Source of the DNA: Myxococcota bacterium
GTDB lineage: Bacteria > Myxococcota_A > UBA9160 > PR03
Direction: 5' to 3'
Length of the DNA: 64,000 nt
NCBI GenBank assembly: GCA_041611735.1
Contig: JBFIML010000003.1
Span: forward strand, 32,001 to 96,000
Shown here: piece by piece, positions 47,825 through 57,903 of the stretch
Layout: each line of letters begins with the position of its first letter
Numbering within the stretch: position 1 is the first letter of the stretch
The notes under the pieces: model-generated
What the model was told of the DNA's origin: nothing
The model's database searches: none
Seen by the model: the letters and a program-made list of their open reading frames with translations, nothing else
Translations under genes and position numbers: made by a program

Positions 47825-48691
47825 GTGCCCCTGGGGCCCCGAGACCTGGTGCTGTGCGCGGGAACGCTCGCGCGGGTCTCGCTCCCGGACCGCGTCCAGG
47901 CCGCGTCCGCCGCCGGCTTCGCCGGGATCTCGGCGTTCGTGACCGACCTGGAGCAGGCCCGCGCCGAGGGCTGGAGCGCCACGGACCTGCGCGCGCTCCT
48001 GGCGGATCGGGGCCTCGCCGTGGCGGAGCTGGACCCCCTGCTGCGCTGGATCCCCGGCACGCAGCCGGCGGGCCTCGACGCCTGGGGCGCCGTCCTCTAC
48101 CGCCAGGGCCTCGACGACGCCCTGCGGGCAGCGGATGCCCTGGCCGCCCGCTCGCTGAACCTCGTCTGCGTGGCGGATCCGCCGCCGCCGCCCGACCGGG
48201 TCGCCGAGGCCTTCGCCCACGTGTGCGACCGGGCAGCGGGCCACGGGCTCCTGGTTCACCTGGAGTTCCTGCCCTGGACGACGATCCCCGACGCCCGCAC
48301 GGCCTGTGCCATCGTGGAGCGCGCCGGCCGTTCCAACGGCGGAATCCTGCTGGATGCCTGGCATCACTTCCGGAGCGGACTCGACGACGCGGCTTTGCGC
48401 GCCCTGCCCGGCGCGCGCGTCCTGGCCGTGCAGCTCTCCGACGCGCCGCGCCGGGCCGAGGCGGACCTCGTGGAGGAGACGCTGCACCGCCGGCTCCTCC
48501 CGGGCGCGGGGGAGGCGGACCTGACCGGGCTGTTGCGAATCCTCGACGCCATCGGGTCGCCGGCGCCGCTCGGCGTGGAGGTCTTCTCGGATGCCCTCGC
48601 GGCCGAGCCCCCGGCAGCCGTGGCGGTGCGGGCTGCCGGGAGCCTGCGGGAGCTCCTGGCGCGGACCCGCAACGGCGCCGCGGGGCGATGA
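47825..48691 (+). CDS. Sugar phosphate isomerase/epimerase (xylose-isomerase-like TIM barrel)
   Basis: LEFLPW, LDAWH, VQLSD, RLLPGAG, GVEVFS. Confidence 0.88.
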   Translation: MPLGPRDLVLCAGTLARVSLPDRVQAASAAGFAGISAFVTDLEQARAEGWSATDLRALLADRGLAVAELDPLLRWIPGTQPAGLDAWGAVLYRQGLDDALRAADALAARSLNLVCVADPPPPPDRVAEAFAHVCDRAAGHGLLVHLEFLPWTTIPDARTACAIVERAGRSNGGILLDAWHHFRSGLDDAALRALPGARVLAVQLSDAPRRAEADLVEETLHRRLLPGAGEADLTGLLRILDAIGSPAPLGVEVFSDALAAEPPAAVAVRAAGSLRELLARTRNGAAGR

Positions 48692-48704
48692 GCGCGGGCG
48701 CGGC

Positions 48705-51572
48705 TCAGTCGAGGCCCGCGAAGGCGTCGAGAACGAGCTTGGCCTGCTCGAGCCGGTGCACGCGCATGGAGCCGGACGCCGGGCTCGCGCTCTCGGGCCG
48801 ACCGGCGTAGTGGAGCGCGCGGCCCTCCGGGAGCGCCTCCTCGATGCGATCGCGCACGAAGTTCCAGGCGCCCATGTTGTGCGGCTCCTCCTGGACCCAG
48901 AAGGCCGACTCGGCGCGCCCGTAACGCCGCACCGCCTCGGCCACCTCGGCTGCGGGCCAGGGGTAGAACTGCTCGACGCGCACGATCGCCGTGTCCGGCG
49001 CATCGGCGCAGCCCCGCTGCTCGTCGCGCTTCTCGCGTGCCTCGAGCAGGTCGTAGTAGACCTTGCCCGTGCAGAAGAGCAGGCGTCGCACGCCCTGCGG
49101 CCGCCCGGACGCCACCGCATCGTCCACGGTCATCTGGAAGCCGCCCGTCGCGAAGTCGGCCGGTCGCGAGGTGGCGCGCGGCGAGCGCAGCAGACTCTTG
49201 GGCGTGAAGATCACCAGGGGCAGCCGGTGGTTGCGCCGCATCTGCCGCCTCAGCAGGTGGAAGTACTGGGCCGGTGTCGTGCAGTTGGCCACCTGCATGT
49301 GGTCTTCGGCGCACAGCGTGAGGAAGCGCTCCATGCGCGCGCTCGAGTGCTCGGGACCCTGGCCCTCGAAGCCGTGGGGCAGCAGCATGACCAGCCCGCT
49401 CATGCGCCCCCATTTCTCGTGGGCAGACGAGACGAACTGGTCGATGATCACCTGGGCACCGTTCACGAAGTCGCCGAACTGGGCCTCCCAGATCGTGAGC
49501 GTCATGGGGTCGGCCAGGCTATAGCCGTACTCGAAGCCGAGCACCGCCGCCTCGGACAGCAGGCTGTCGTAGACCTCGAAGCGGGCCTGATTGGGCGAGA
49601 GGTGGGCCAGGGGCGCGTATTCCTGCTCGGTCTCCTGGTCGACCAGGACCGCGTGTCGCTGGCTGAAGGTGCCGCGCGAGCTGTCCTGCCCCGAGAGCCG
49701 CACCGCGTAGCCCTCGAGCAGTAGCGTCCCGAAGGCCAGGGCCTCGCCGAGCGCCCAATCCACCGCGCCGTTCTCGGCCACCACCTTGCGCCGGCGCTCC
49801 AGGAAGGGCGCGAGCTTCGGGTGCACGTGGAAGCCGGGCGGCAGCTCCGCGAGGCGCTCGGCGACCTGGTTGAGGCGCTCCACGGAGACGGCCGTGTCGG
49901 GCTCGTTGGACGGCAGCGTGCGCGAGAACCCGGTCCAGGGTCCACGGGGCTCCCAGGGCTCGTCGGGCTCCGGCGCGCCGGTCTTGATCACCTGGAGCGC
50001 CTGTTGGAGTTGATCGTTCAGATCCTCTTCGATGCGGCGCGCGTCCTCTTCCCGGAGCAGGCCCAGGTTCATGAGCTTGGCGGTGTAGAGGCGGCGCACC
50101 GGCGGGCGCTGGCGGATCTTCTCGTAGAGCAAGGGCTGCGTGTAACTGGGCTCGTCGCCCTCGTTGTGTCCGTGCCGCCGGTAGCAGACGAGATCGATCA
50201 CCACGTCGTCGCCGAAGCGCTCCCGATAGGCGAAGGCGAGCTTCACGCAGTGGACCACCGCCTCGGGATCGTCTCCGTTCACGTGGAAGATCGGCACCTG
50301 GATCATCTTGGCGACGTCGGTGCAGTAGAGCGTGGAGCGGGCCTCCGACGGCGTGGTCGTGAAGCCGATCTGGTTGTTCACCACCACGTGGATGGTGCCG
50401 CCGGTCGAGTAGCCCACCAGCCCGGAGAGGTTCAGGGTCTCGGCCACGATGCCCTGGCCGGCGAAGGCCGCGTCGCCGTGGATCAGGAGCGGCGCGATGG
50501 AGCGCCCGCGCAGGTCCCCGGCGTTCACCTGCTTGGCCCGCGCCCTGCCCTCCACCACCGGATTCACGGCCTCCAGATGCGAGGGGTTGGCGGTGAGCGA
50601 GAGGTGCACGCGCTGCCCCGACCGGGTGCGCCGGTCGCTCGAGAAGCCCTTGTGGTACTTCACGTCGCCGGACCCGAAGGGCGCCTCGGGGAGCTCGATG
50701 TCCTCGAACTCGCCGAAGATCGACTCGAGCGACTTGCAGAGAACGTTGGAGAGCACGTTCAGGCGGCCGCGGTGCGCCATGCCGATCACGAACTCCCGGA
50801 CGCCGAAATCGGGGGCAGTCTCCACCAGGCTGTCGAGCAGCGGGATCAGCGACTCGGCCCCTTCCAGGGAGAAGCGCTTCTGGCCCAGGAAGCGGGTGTG
50901 GAGGAAGCGCTCGAAGAGCTCCGCCGCGGAGAGCTTCTCGAGGATCCGCAGGCGGTCTTCGAGGTCGAGGGCGGTCTCGTTCTGGGTCTCCTCCATGCGC
51001 TTCTGGAGCCAGACCTTGCGTCCGGGGTCCTGGATGTGGGTGAACTCGACGCCCACGGTGCGGCAGTAGGTGGCGCGCAGGCGGTCCAGGATCTCGCGCA
51101 GGGTCTGGACGGGCCCGCCGGGGAGGTCTCCGGCGATGACGGGGCGGTCCAGATCCTCGGCGCCGAAGCCGTAGTGGGCCGGATCCAGCTCGGGGAAGTA
51201 CGAGGCGTGGCCCCCGAGCGGGTCGAAGTCCGCCACGCGATGGCCGCGCGCCCGGTAGGAGTGGATCAGGCGCAGGACGCGCGCGTGCTTCTCGGCGTCG
51301 CGACGGTCGAGGGGGGTCTCGGGAGGGGCGGGGGCAGGCTCCGCCCGGGCAGCAGCCTCCGCGGCCCGGGGCGGGGACGCTCCGGGCTCGAAGAGCTGGC
51401 GCCAGCTCGGGTCCACCGAGCTGGGGTCCACCTCGTAGCGCTGGCGGATCTCCTCCACCAGGGCGGCGTTCACCCCGAAGCCGGCCAGTTCCTCCGAGTG
51501 CGGTTCGGAATCGCCTCGGGGGGGGGTCTCCTCGCGTTCGGAGGCCTGCTCTGGCCGCCCTTCGGTAGGCAT
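48705..51572 (-). CDS. sucA: 2-oxoglutarate dehydrogenase E1
   Basis: KRFSLEG, GMAHRGRLN, GDVKYH, NPSHLE, HGDAAFAGQG, WEAQFGDF, GPEHSSAR. Confidence 0.97.
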   Translation of the reverse strand: MPTEGRPEQASEREETPPRGDSEPHSEELAGFGVNAALVEEIRQRYEVDPSSVDPSWRQLFEPGASPPRAAEAAARAEPAPAPPETPLDRRDAEKHARVLRLIHSYRARGHRVADFDPLGGHASYFPELDPAHYGFGAEDLDRPVIAGDLPGGPVQTLREILDRLRATYCRTVGVEFTHIQDPGRKVWLQKRMEETQNETALDLEDRLRILEKLSAAELFERFLHTRFLGQKRFSLEGAESLIPLLDSLVETAPDFGVREFVIGMAHRGRLNVLSNVLCKSLESIFGEFEDIELPEAPFGSGDVKYHKGFSSDRRTRSGQRVHLSLTANPSHLEAVNPVVEGRARAKQVNAGDLRGRSIAPLLIHGDAAFAGQGIVAETLNLSGLVGYSTGGTIHVVVNNQIGFTTTPSEARSTLYCTDVAKMIQVPIFHVNGDDPEAVVHCVKLAFAYRERFGDDVVIDLVCYRRHGHNEGDEPSYTQPLLYEKIRQRPPVRRLYTAKLMNLGLLREEDARRIEEDLNDQLQQALQVIKTGAPEPDEPWEPRGPWTGFSRTLPSNEPDTAVSVERLNQVAERLAELPPGFHVHPKLAPFLERRRKVVAENGAVDWALGEALAFGTLLLEGYAVRLSGQDSSRGTFSQRHAVLVDQETEQEYAPLAHLSPNQARFEVYDSLLSEAAVLGFEYGYSLADPMTLTIWEAQFGDFVNGAQVIIDQFVSSAHEKWGRMSGLVMLLPHGFEGQGPEHSSARMERFLTLCAEDHMQVANCTTPAQYFHLLRRQMRRNHRLPLVIFTPKSLLRSPRATSRPADFATGGFQMTVDDAVASGRPQGVRRLLFCTGKVYYDLLEAREKRDEQRGCADAPDTAIVRVEQFYPWPAAEVAEAVRRYGRAESAFWVQEEPHNMGAWNFVRDRIEEALPEGRALHYAGRPESASPASGSMRVHRLEQAKLVLDAFAGLD

Positions 51573-51779
51573 CGGGGACTCGGCTCCTCGCTCGAGCGCG
51601 GCGTCGCAGCGCCTGCCGCTCGCCTTCTCATGTGTACAACACGGTCATCGGTAGTTCCACGCCGGCTCCTGAGCGGCACGCTGGCCGGCGTGAGACGGGC
51701 GAAGCCTCGGAGAGGTTCACGACGGGCCGGCGCGGGGCCGTGCTAGGCTGATTCGCCCCTGCAAGAGGCGCCGGAGGCC

Positions 51780-52169
51780 ATGGAGCCGCTCTCGCTCTTC
51801 GTGATCTGCGCCCTGATCGGAATCGTCGCGGGGACCCTGGGCGGTCTGCTCGGCGTCGGGGGTGGCGTGGTGATGGTCCCCGCCTTCCTGCGACTGCTCG
51901 GCATGCCGGCCCGGGAGGCGGTCGGCACCTCCATGGCGGTCATCCTCTTCACCGCCCTGGTGGCGGCAGGCCGCCACTATCAACTCGGCCACGTGAACCC
52001 CCGCATCGTGGCCGTGGTGGCGGGGACGGCCATGGCCGGCGGCTGGCTGGGCGCCACCTTGACCTCCCGGCTGCCAGACCGACAGCTGCGGATCCTCTTC
52101 GCCCTGTTCCTGATGGCGGTCGCCATCCAGATGCTGACGCGGGCTCTTCGGGCCGACGCATCCTCCTGA
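51780..52169 (+). CDS. TauE/SafE (TSUP) family, single-repeat protein
   Basis: GGLLGVGGGVVMVP, AVGTS; 129 aa, about 4 TMs. Confidence 0.85.
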   Translation: MEPLSLFVICALIGIVAGTLGGLLGVGGGVVMVPAFLRLLGMPAREAVGTSMAVILFTALVAAGRHYQLGHVNPRIVAVVAGTAMAGGWLGATLTSRLPDRQLRILFALFLMAVAIQMLTRALRADASS

Positions 52170-52309
52170 AGGACCGAACATGGGGTGGATCTACCCCGAT
52201 AGAATGCTTCTTCGCATATCTTCGATCAAGTACAACTTTTTTCATTGACGGATGGGTCGTTTCCCAGCTCTGATAGGATCCGCAGCGATCCCATGGGAGG
52301 GGCCGCCCG

Positions 52310-53164
52310 ATGCGGGTCGGGCCCCGAAGAAAAGCCTCGCGGCTCCTTGGAGCGGTGCTGGTCGCCCTGGCGGGCGCCCTCGCGCTCTCCTCGCACCCCC
52401 GGCAGACCGTCCCGTCGGACGCCGCCTCCGCCGGGGCGTCCGAGCCGCCGGGGCCGCCGGTGGTCACGGCCCTCGGACGTCTCGAACCGCGCCACGGAAT
52501 CCGCCGTCTGGCCGGCCCCTCGCGGCCGGTGGCCGTCGTCGACCGGCTCCTGGTCGAGGAGGGCGACCGGGTGCAGGCGGGACAGATCGTTGCGCTCCTC
52601 GACGACGAGGCCCTGCGCGAGGCGGACATCACCCGCGCCGCGGCGCGCCTGCGCAACGCCCAGGCCGAGCTGCGCCGGCACGTGGCCCTCTACGAGGAGC
52701 GGGTCATCTCCGACGCCGCGCGGGAGAGGTTGGAGCTCGAGATGGAGCTCGCCGGCGCCCGGCTGCGAAGCGCTCACACCGAGCTGGAGCGGACGCGCGT
52801 GCGGTCGCCCGTGGACGGGCAGGTGATCGACATCCACGCCCGCGCGGGCGAGCGGGTGGGGCCCGAGGGCATCCTGGAAATCGGTGAGACGGACCAGATG
52901 TATGCCATCGCGGAGGTCTACGAGACCGATGTGGCGCGGCTGCGGCCCGGCCAGCGGGCGACCGTCCGCAGCCCGGCCCTGCCCCTGCCCCTGCAAGGCA
53001 GCATCGACCGCATCGGCCTGAAGGTGGGCAAGATGGACCAGCTCGGGACCGATCCCGCCGCCCGCACCGACGCCCGGGTCGTGGAGGTCGACGTGCGTCT
53101 CGAGGAGAGCCCCGTCGCGGCCCCGTACAGCCTGATGCAGGTGGAGGTGGTGTTCGAGCCGTGA
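52310..53164 (+). CDS. DevB-like membrane fusion protein
   Basis: VTALGRLEP, LLVEEGDRV, VRSPVDG, AEVYETDV, DARVVEV. Confidence 0.9.
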   Translation: MRVGPRRKASRLLGAVLVALAGALALSSHPRQTVPSDAASAGASEPPGPPVVTALGRLEPRHGIRRLAGPSRPVAVVDRLLVEEGDRVQAGQIVALLDDEALREADITRAAARLRNAQAELRRHVALYEERVISDAARERLELEMELAGARLRSAHTELERTRVRSPVDGQVIDIHARAGERVGPEGILEIGETDQMYAIAEVYETDVARLRPGQRATVRSPALPLPLQGSIDRIGLKVGKMDQLGTDPAARTDARVVEVDVRLEESPVAAPYSLMQVEVVFEP

Positions 53165-54333
53165 ACCATCCGCTCGCAACGCTCGCCAGGCTGCCGTTGG
53201 GGTGGCTGCAGCTCCGCAAGGACAAGCCACGTCTGCTGGTGGCGATCGCCGGCGTCGCCTTCGCAGTGATCCTCATCCTGATGCAGCTCGGATTCCGTGA
53301 ATCCATGTTCGCGAGCGCAGTCCGCTACCACGAACACCTTCGCTACGACGTCGTCCTGCTTAGCTCCGAGACCGCCTTCATCGTCCAACCCCATCCCTTC
53401 TCCAGCCGTCGGCTCTACCAGGCGCTCGGCGCGCCCGGCGTCGCCTCCGTGGCCCCGATCTACGCGGGCCTCGGCGACTGGAGGAACCCGCACAACGGAG
53501 ATCGGACCTCCATCTACGTGGTCGGTGTCCGCCCGGAAGACGACCCCCTGGAGCTGCCCGGCCTCGCGGTGCCGCTGGGGCGTACCGCCCTCGCGGACTT
53601 CGTCCTCTTCGACGAGGCTTCGCGCCCGGACTACGGCCCCATTGCAGCGGAGCTCCGCGCGGGCGGCCCCGTGACCGCCGAGCTCAACAACCGTGAAGTC
53701 TCCGTGGTGGGCCTCTTCCAGCTCGGCACCTCGTTCGGCATCTCGGGAAGCGTGATCACCAGCGACGCCAACTTCCTGCGCTTGTTTCCGTTCCGAACCC
53801 GCGGCCTGATCGACTTCGGTCTGGTCCGCCTCCATCCCGGGGCAGACCCGGATCGGGTCCGCGATGCGCTGCGTGCGAGCCTCCCCGGCGACGTCCTGGT
53901 CTTCACGCGCTCCGACTTCATCGCCCGCGAGCGCACCTACTGGGACACCTACACACCCATCGGATACGTGTTCGCGTTCGGCGTGATGATCGGGCTGGTC
54001 GTCGGGTCCATCATCGTCTACCAGATCCTGTTTGCGGACGTGACAGACCACCTCCCGGAGTACGCCACCCTCAAGGCCATGGGCTACTCGGACACCTTCC
54101 TGGGCGTCGTCGTGATCCAGCAGGCTTCGATTCTCGCGACCCTGGGCTACCTGCCCGGCGTCGCCATCGCCCTCGGGCTCTACCAGACCGCGGGGCGGGC
54201 CACGCGCCTGCCCCTGGAGATGACCTGGGAGCGCGCCGCCGGCGTCTTCGTCCTCACGCTGGCCATGTGCTCGCTCTCCGCCTTGATGGCGCTCCGCAAG
54301 GTGCGTGCGGCGGATCCCGCGGACGTGTTCTGA
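53161..54333 (+). CDS. DevC-like (FtsX/MacB-type) ABC permease
   Basis: GWLQL..RLLVAIAGVAFAVILILMQLGF, IVYQIL..HLPEYATLKAMGY, ADPADVF. Confidence 0.92.
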   Translation: MNHPLATLARLPLGWLQLRKDKPRLLVAIAGVAFAVILILMQLGFRESMFASAVRYHEHLRYDVVLLSSETAFIVQPHPFSSRRLYQALGAPGVASVAPIYAGLGDWRNPHNGDRTSIYVVGVRPEDDPLELPGLAVPLGRTALADFVLFDEASRPDYGPIAAELRAGGPVTAELNNREVSVVGLFQLGTSFGISGSVITSDANFLRLFPFRTRGLIDFGLVRLHPGADPDRVRDALRASLPGDVLVFTRSDFIARERTYWDTYTPIGYVFAFGVMIGLVVGSIIVYQILFADVTDHLPEYATLKAMGYSDTFLGVVVIQQASILATLGYLPGVAIALGLYQTAGRATRLPLEMTWERAAGVFVLTLAMCSLSALMALRKVRAADPADVF

Positions 54334-55667
54334 TGCACGAAGCAGCACCCATCGTGCTCCGGGGGGTCAATCACTTCTACGGAGAGGGGCCCCTGCGCAG
54401 ACAGATCCTCCACGACATCAGCGTGGAGATCGACGCCGGGCAGATCGTCATCGTCACGGGCCCCTCCGGCTCCGGGAAGACGACCCTGCTGATGCTGGTC
54501 GGCGCGCTGCGATCCCCCCAGGAGGGCAGCGTGCGCGTGCTGGACCGCGAGCTGCGGGGTGCGCGGACGGACGTCCTCGAGGAGGTACGCACCCGCATCG
54601 GATACGTGTTCCAGGCCCACAATCTCCTGGATGCGTTGACGGCGCAGCAGAACGTCATGATGTCGCTGCTGCTTCATCCGGGCGTACCGCAGCGAGAAGC
54701 TCGAGCCCGGGCGGCCGAGGCGCTGTCGACGGTCTCCCTCGCCGACAAGCTGGAGGTCCGGCCGGCGCGGCTCTCCGGCGGACAGCGCCAGCGCGTGGCC
54801 ATCGCCCGGGCGCTGGCGCACGGTCCGCGCATCATCCTCGCCGACGAGCCCACCGCGTCACTGGACAAGAAGTCCGGGCGGGACGTGGCCGATTTGATCC
54901 GGCGGCTCGCCCGGGAGCACCGGGTGACCGTCCTCCTGGTCACCCATGACAATCGGATCCTCGACATCGCCGACCGGATCCTCCATCTGGAAGACGGCCG
55001 ACTCCAGTCGCTCACCGACGCGGTCCTGCTCAGCACCCAGCTCATGATGGGCACCCTGGCCGACCACAAGCGCAAGGGCGGAATCGACCGCCAGTTGGAG
55101 GGCATGACGGACGACGACTTCCTCGCCTGGCTCGACGAGGCGACGGCGGAGTCGAAGCGCTTCCTCGAGGTGACCCGTCTCGCCCAGAGTGATGCCTTCG
55201 AGAGCATGCTGGAGCAGGTCCTGCGCGCCGCCACGTTCCGCTTTGCACGGATGGCGCAGGTGGAGCGGGCCTCCCTGTTCCTGGTCGACCCGGAGCGACG
55301 CGATCTCTTGATCAAGGTGGCCCGGGAGGAAGGAGGTCGGCCGCTGGAGGCGCGCCTGCCCATGGATCGGGGCATTGCCGGTCACGTGGCGACCAGCGGC
55401 CGCAGCCTGCGGGTGGACGACGCCTATGCGCACCCGCTCTTCAATCGGGAAGTGGACCAGCAGACCGGCTTCCGAACCCGGACGATCCTTTGTGTCCCGA
55501 TCCGGAATGCGTCGGGCGAGGTCTTCGCCGTCGCCCAGTTGTTGAACCGGATCGACGGTCGGCTCTTCGACGCGGCGGACGAGGAGCGCTTTGGCGATTT
55601 CGTGGCTTCCATCGGCGTCGTGCTCGAGAGCTGGCTCGAGATGCAGGCGCGCAGGGAGGTGGCCTGA
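54333..55667 (+). CDS. DevA-like ABC ATPase fused to a C-terminal GAF domain
   Basis: GPSGSGKTT, LSGGQRQR, ADEPTASLD, VTHD; then ERASLFLVD..GIAGHVA..DAYAHPLFNREVDQQTGFRTRTILCVPI..LNR..FDAADE. Confidence 0.92.
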   Translation: MHEAAPIVLRGVNHFYGEGPLRRQILHDISVEIDAGQIVIVTGPSGSGKTTLLMLVGALRSPQEGSVRVLDRELRGARTDVLEEVRTRIGYVFQAHNLLDALTAQQNVMMSLLLHPGVPQREARARAAEALSTVSLADKLEVRPARLSGGQRQRVAIARALAHGPRIILADEPTASLDKKSGRDVADLIRRLAREHRVTVLLVTHDNRILDIADRILHLEDGRLQSLTDAVLLSTQLMMGTLADHKRKGGIDRQLEGMTDDDFLAWLDEATAESKRFLEVTRLAQSDAFESMLEQVLRAATFRFARMAQVERASLFLVDPERRDLLIKVAREEGGRPLEARLPMDRGIAGHVATSGRSLRVDDAYAHPLFNREVDQQTGFRTRTILCVPIRNASGEVFAVAQLLNRIDGRLFDAADEERFGDFVASIGVVLESWLEMQARREVA

Positions 55668-56453
55668 GTGGATCTGGCGCAGGCGGGCAGATCGGGTCGG
55701 GCGAGCCTCGCCGCATTGGCGTCGCGTACGGAACGCACGCTCATCGTGCTCACGCTCTTCACCTACTACTGCATCGGCTACTTCCGCATCGGGAATGGCC
55801 CGACCGACGTCGAGTACACCCTGCTCACGGCCCTCGACCGCCGGATCCCCTTCGTTCCCGAGTCGATCTTCGTCTACGCGTCGGTGTACTTCCTGCTGCT
55901 TCTCCCGCTGTTCGTGGTGCGCTGCCCGGCGCTGCTTCGCCGGGTGGCGCTGGGCTACGCGATCACGATCGGCGTGGCGTTCGCGTCGTTCCTGGCCTGG
56001 CCCGTCACGTCGCTGGGGTTGCGGGCCGACCTGACCGCCCTCGACCCGGCGCATTTCACGACCTGGGGAATGCGCACCCTGTATGCCCTGGACCCGCCCC
56101 GGAACCTGTTTCCTTCGCTGCACGTGGCCGTGGCGGCGCTGGCGGCGCTGGCCGCTCACAAGGCAGGATCACCCTCGGCCCGCGTCGCGATTCCCTGGGT
56201 CGGGGCCATTGCCATCTCCACCTGCACGGTCAAGCAGCACTTCTGGGTCGACGGCGCAGTGGGCCTGCTGGTCGGGGCGGCGGTGTACGCGCTGTTGGTG
56301 AGGCCGTTCGCGGCGGAGACCCGGCGGCGCCACGAGATCGCCTTCCCCTGGCTCGGTCCTACCTCGTTCCTGGGCACCGTCGTGGGCGGCTATCTCGGCT
56401 TCTACGCCGCCTTCCGCCTGGGGGTGGAGCCCTGGACCTGGCTGGGGCCGTGA
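55668..56453 (+). CDS. PAP2-superfamily membrane protein (Aur1/IPC-synthase-like)
   Basis: Multiple TMs, LDRRIPFVP, NLFPSLHV, STCTVKQHFWVD. Confidence 0.82.
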   Translation: MDLAQAGRSGRASLAALASRTERTLIVLTLFTYYCIGYFRIGNGPTDVEYTLLTALDRRIPFVPESIFVYASVYFLLLLPLFVVRCPALLRRVALGYAITIGVAFASFLAWPVTSLGLRADLTALDPAHFTTWGMRTLYALDPPRNLFPSLHVAVAALAALAAHKAGSPSARVAIPWVGAIAISTCTVKQHFWVDGAVGLLVGAAVYALLVRPFAAETRRRHEIAFPWLGPTSFLGTVVGGYLGFYAAFRLGVEPWTWLGP

Positions 56454-56465
56454 CGCGCCGCGGTC

Positions 56466-57350
56466 CTACTCCCCGGCGGCCGCCGCGGCGCGGATCTCGG
56501 CCACCACGAGCTCCGGACGCTGCATGGGGATCAGGTGCCCCGTGTCGGCGTCCACCACCTCCGCCGCGCGCATGCCGGCGGCGAGCTTCTCGTAGGCGGC
56601 GCGCGAGAAGTCCCCGTGCCGGGCCCAGAGGATCCGGGTCGGCGCCAGGACCTGGGCCGCCAGGCCGAAGACGTCCAGGCTTCCGCTGTTCTCGAAGATG
56701 GTGGCCTCCACCTCCGGCGAGCACTTGAGCGTCACCCGGCCGTCCGGCAGCTCCCGCAGCCCGTCCGCCGCGTAGGCGTCCAGGGCCTGCGGATCCCAGC
56801 CCGCAAAGAAGCGGCGTCGGGCCCAGCTGGCGCGCGCTTCGTCGCGGCTCGGCCAGATCTCCCGTCGGCGACGGGCCGTGGCGGCCAGCAGGCGGATGCG
56901 CCGCATGCGGTCGGGGTCCGGCCGCATTCCGGGCGGGAGCGGCAGCACCGGATCGAGGAGCAGCAGCCGCCCGAAGAGCTCGGGCCGCCGGGCGGCGGCG
57001 GCGAGCGTGGCGGTGCCCCCGAAGGAGTGTCCGACGCCCACCGCCACCCGGCCGTCCGGATGCTCGGCGGCGAGGCGGGCGGCCACCTCCACCAGGTCGT
57101 CCACGAAGCGGTCCCAGAGGAAGGCCCGGGTCTCCGGGGGGCGGTCCGAGTCCCCGTGGCCGCGAGCGTCGATCGCCACCACCCGATGGCGTCCCGCCAG
57201 GGCCTCGGCCACCGGCGTCCACAACCCGGCGCAGAAGCCGTTGGCATGGTGCAGGAGGACGAGAGGACCCCGATCCCCCCACTCGGCGAGGGCGAGCACG
57301 AGCCCCGCGTCGGCGAGGCGCAGGCGACGTCGACGCGGGGCCCGCGTCAT
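56466..57350 (-). CDS. Alpha/beta hydrolase
   Basis: HANGF, DARGHGDS, GHSFGG, TGHLIPMQ. Confidence 0.9.
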   Translation of the reverse strand: MTRAPRRRRLRLADAGLVLALAEWGDRGPLVLLHHANGFCAGLWTPVAEALAGRHRVVAIDARGHGDSDRPPETRAFLWDRFVDDLVEVAARLAAEHPDGRVAVGVGHSFGGTATLAAAARRPELFGRLLLLDPVLPLPPGMRPDPDRMRRIRLLAATARRRREIWPSRDEARASWARRRFFAGWDPQALDAYAADGLRELPDGRVTLKCSPEVEATIFENSGSLDVFGLAAQVLAPTRILWARHGDFSRAAYEKLAAGMRAAEVVDADTGHLIPMQRPELVVAEIRAAAAAGE

Positions 57351-57375
57351 CCGGGCTGCGAGCTGCCGACGACGC

Positions 57376-57903
57376 CTAGCGAGCGGGGGCCAGGGCGCCC
57401 GCCAGGAGCGCCGGGCGGCCGTCCACGTCGCCGACGCGGGCCAGCAGGGTCCCGTCCTCCGCGTGGGCAGCCACCGCATTCGCCTCCCGCACCAGGCGGA
57501 AGCGACGCTCGAAGCCGTCCGTACCCCGGATCGCCACGGCGATGGCGCCGTCCGCCTGGAGGGTCAGCGTCGCCTGGGAGCCATCCGGACCCTGAACCAC
57601 GCGCGTGGCGCCCGCGGCGTGGGGCTGCACCGGGTTCTCCCCCGTCCAGAACTCGATCGAGTTGGTGATCAACGCGTCGATCCAAGCTGCCAGCCCGTAG
57701 ATCGGAATCACGTTCAGCACCAGGAAGACGAACCAGCGCATCCACTTGTCGGGGCTCACCTGCTGGTTGAAGTGGTAGACGTTGCGCACCAGCTGGAAGC
57801 GCCCGAAGCACCCCACCGTGGCGAGCGGCAGGAAGGCCAGGAGCAGCCCCGCCCCGGCGAACCGCCGCCAGGCGTTCGATCCGAGCCAGCCGTTCTCGTG
57901 CAT
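57376..57903 (-). CDS. DUF3332-like lipoprotein
   Basis: Lipobox-like TVGC-FGRFQL, IPIYG...NSIEFWTGENP. Confidence 0.8.
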   Translation of the reverse strand: MHENGWLGSNAWRRFAGAGLLLAFLPLATVGCFGRFQLVRNVYHFNQQVSPDKWMRWFVFLVLNVIPIYGLAAWIDALITNSIEFWTGENPVQPHAAGATRVVQGPDGSQATLTLQADGAIAVAIRGTDGFERRFRLVREANAVAAHAEDGTLLARVGDVDGRPALLAGALAPAR

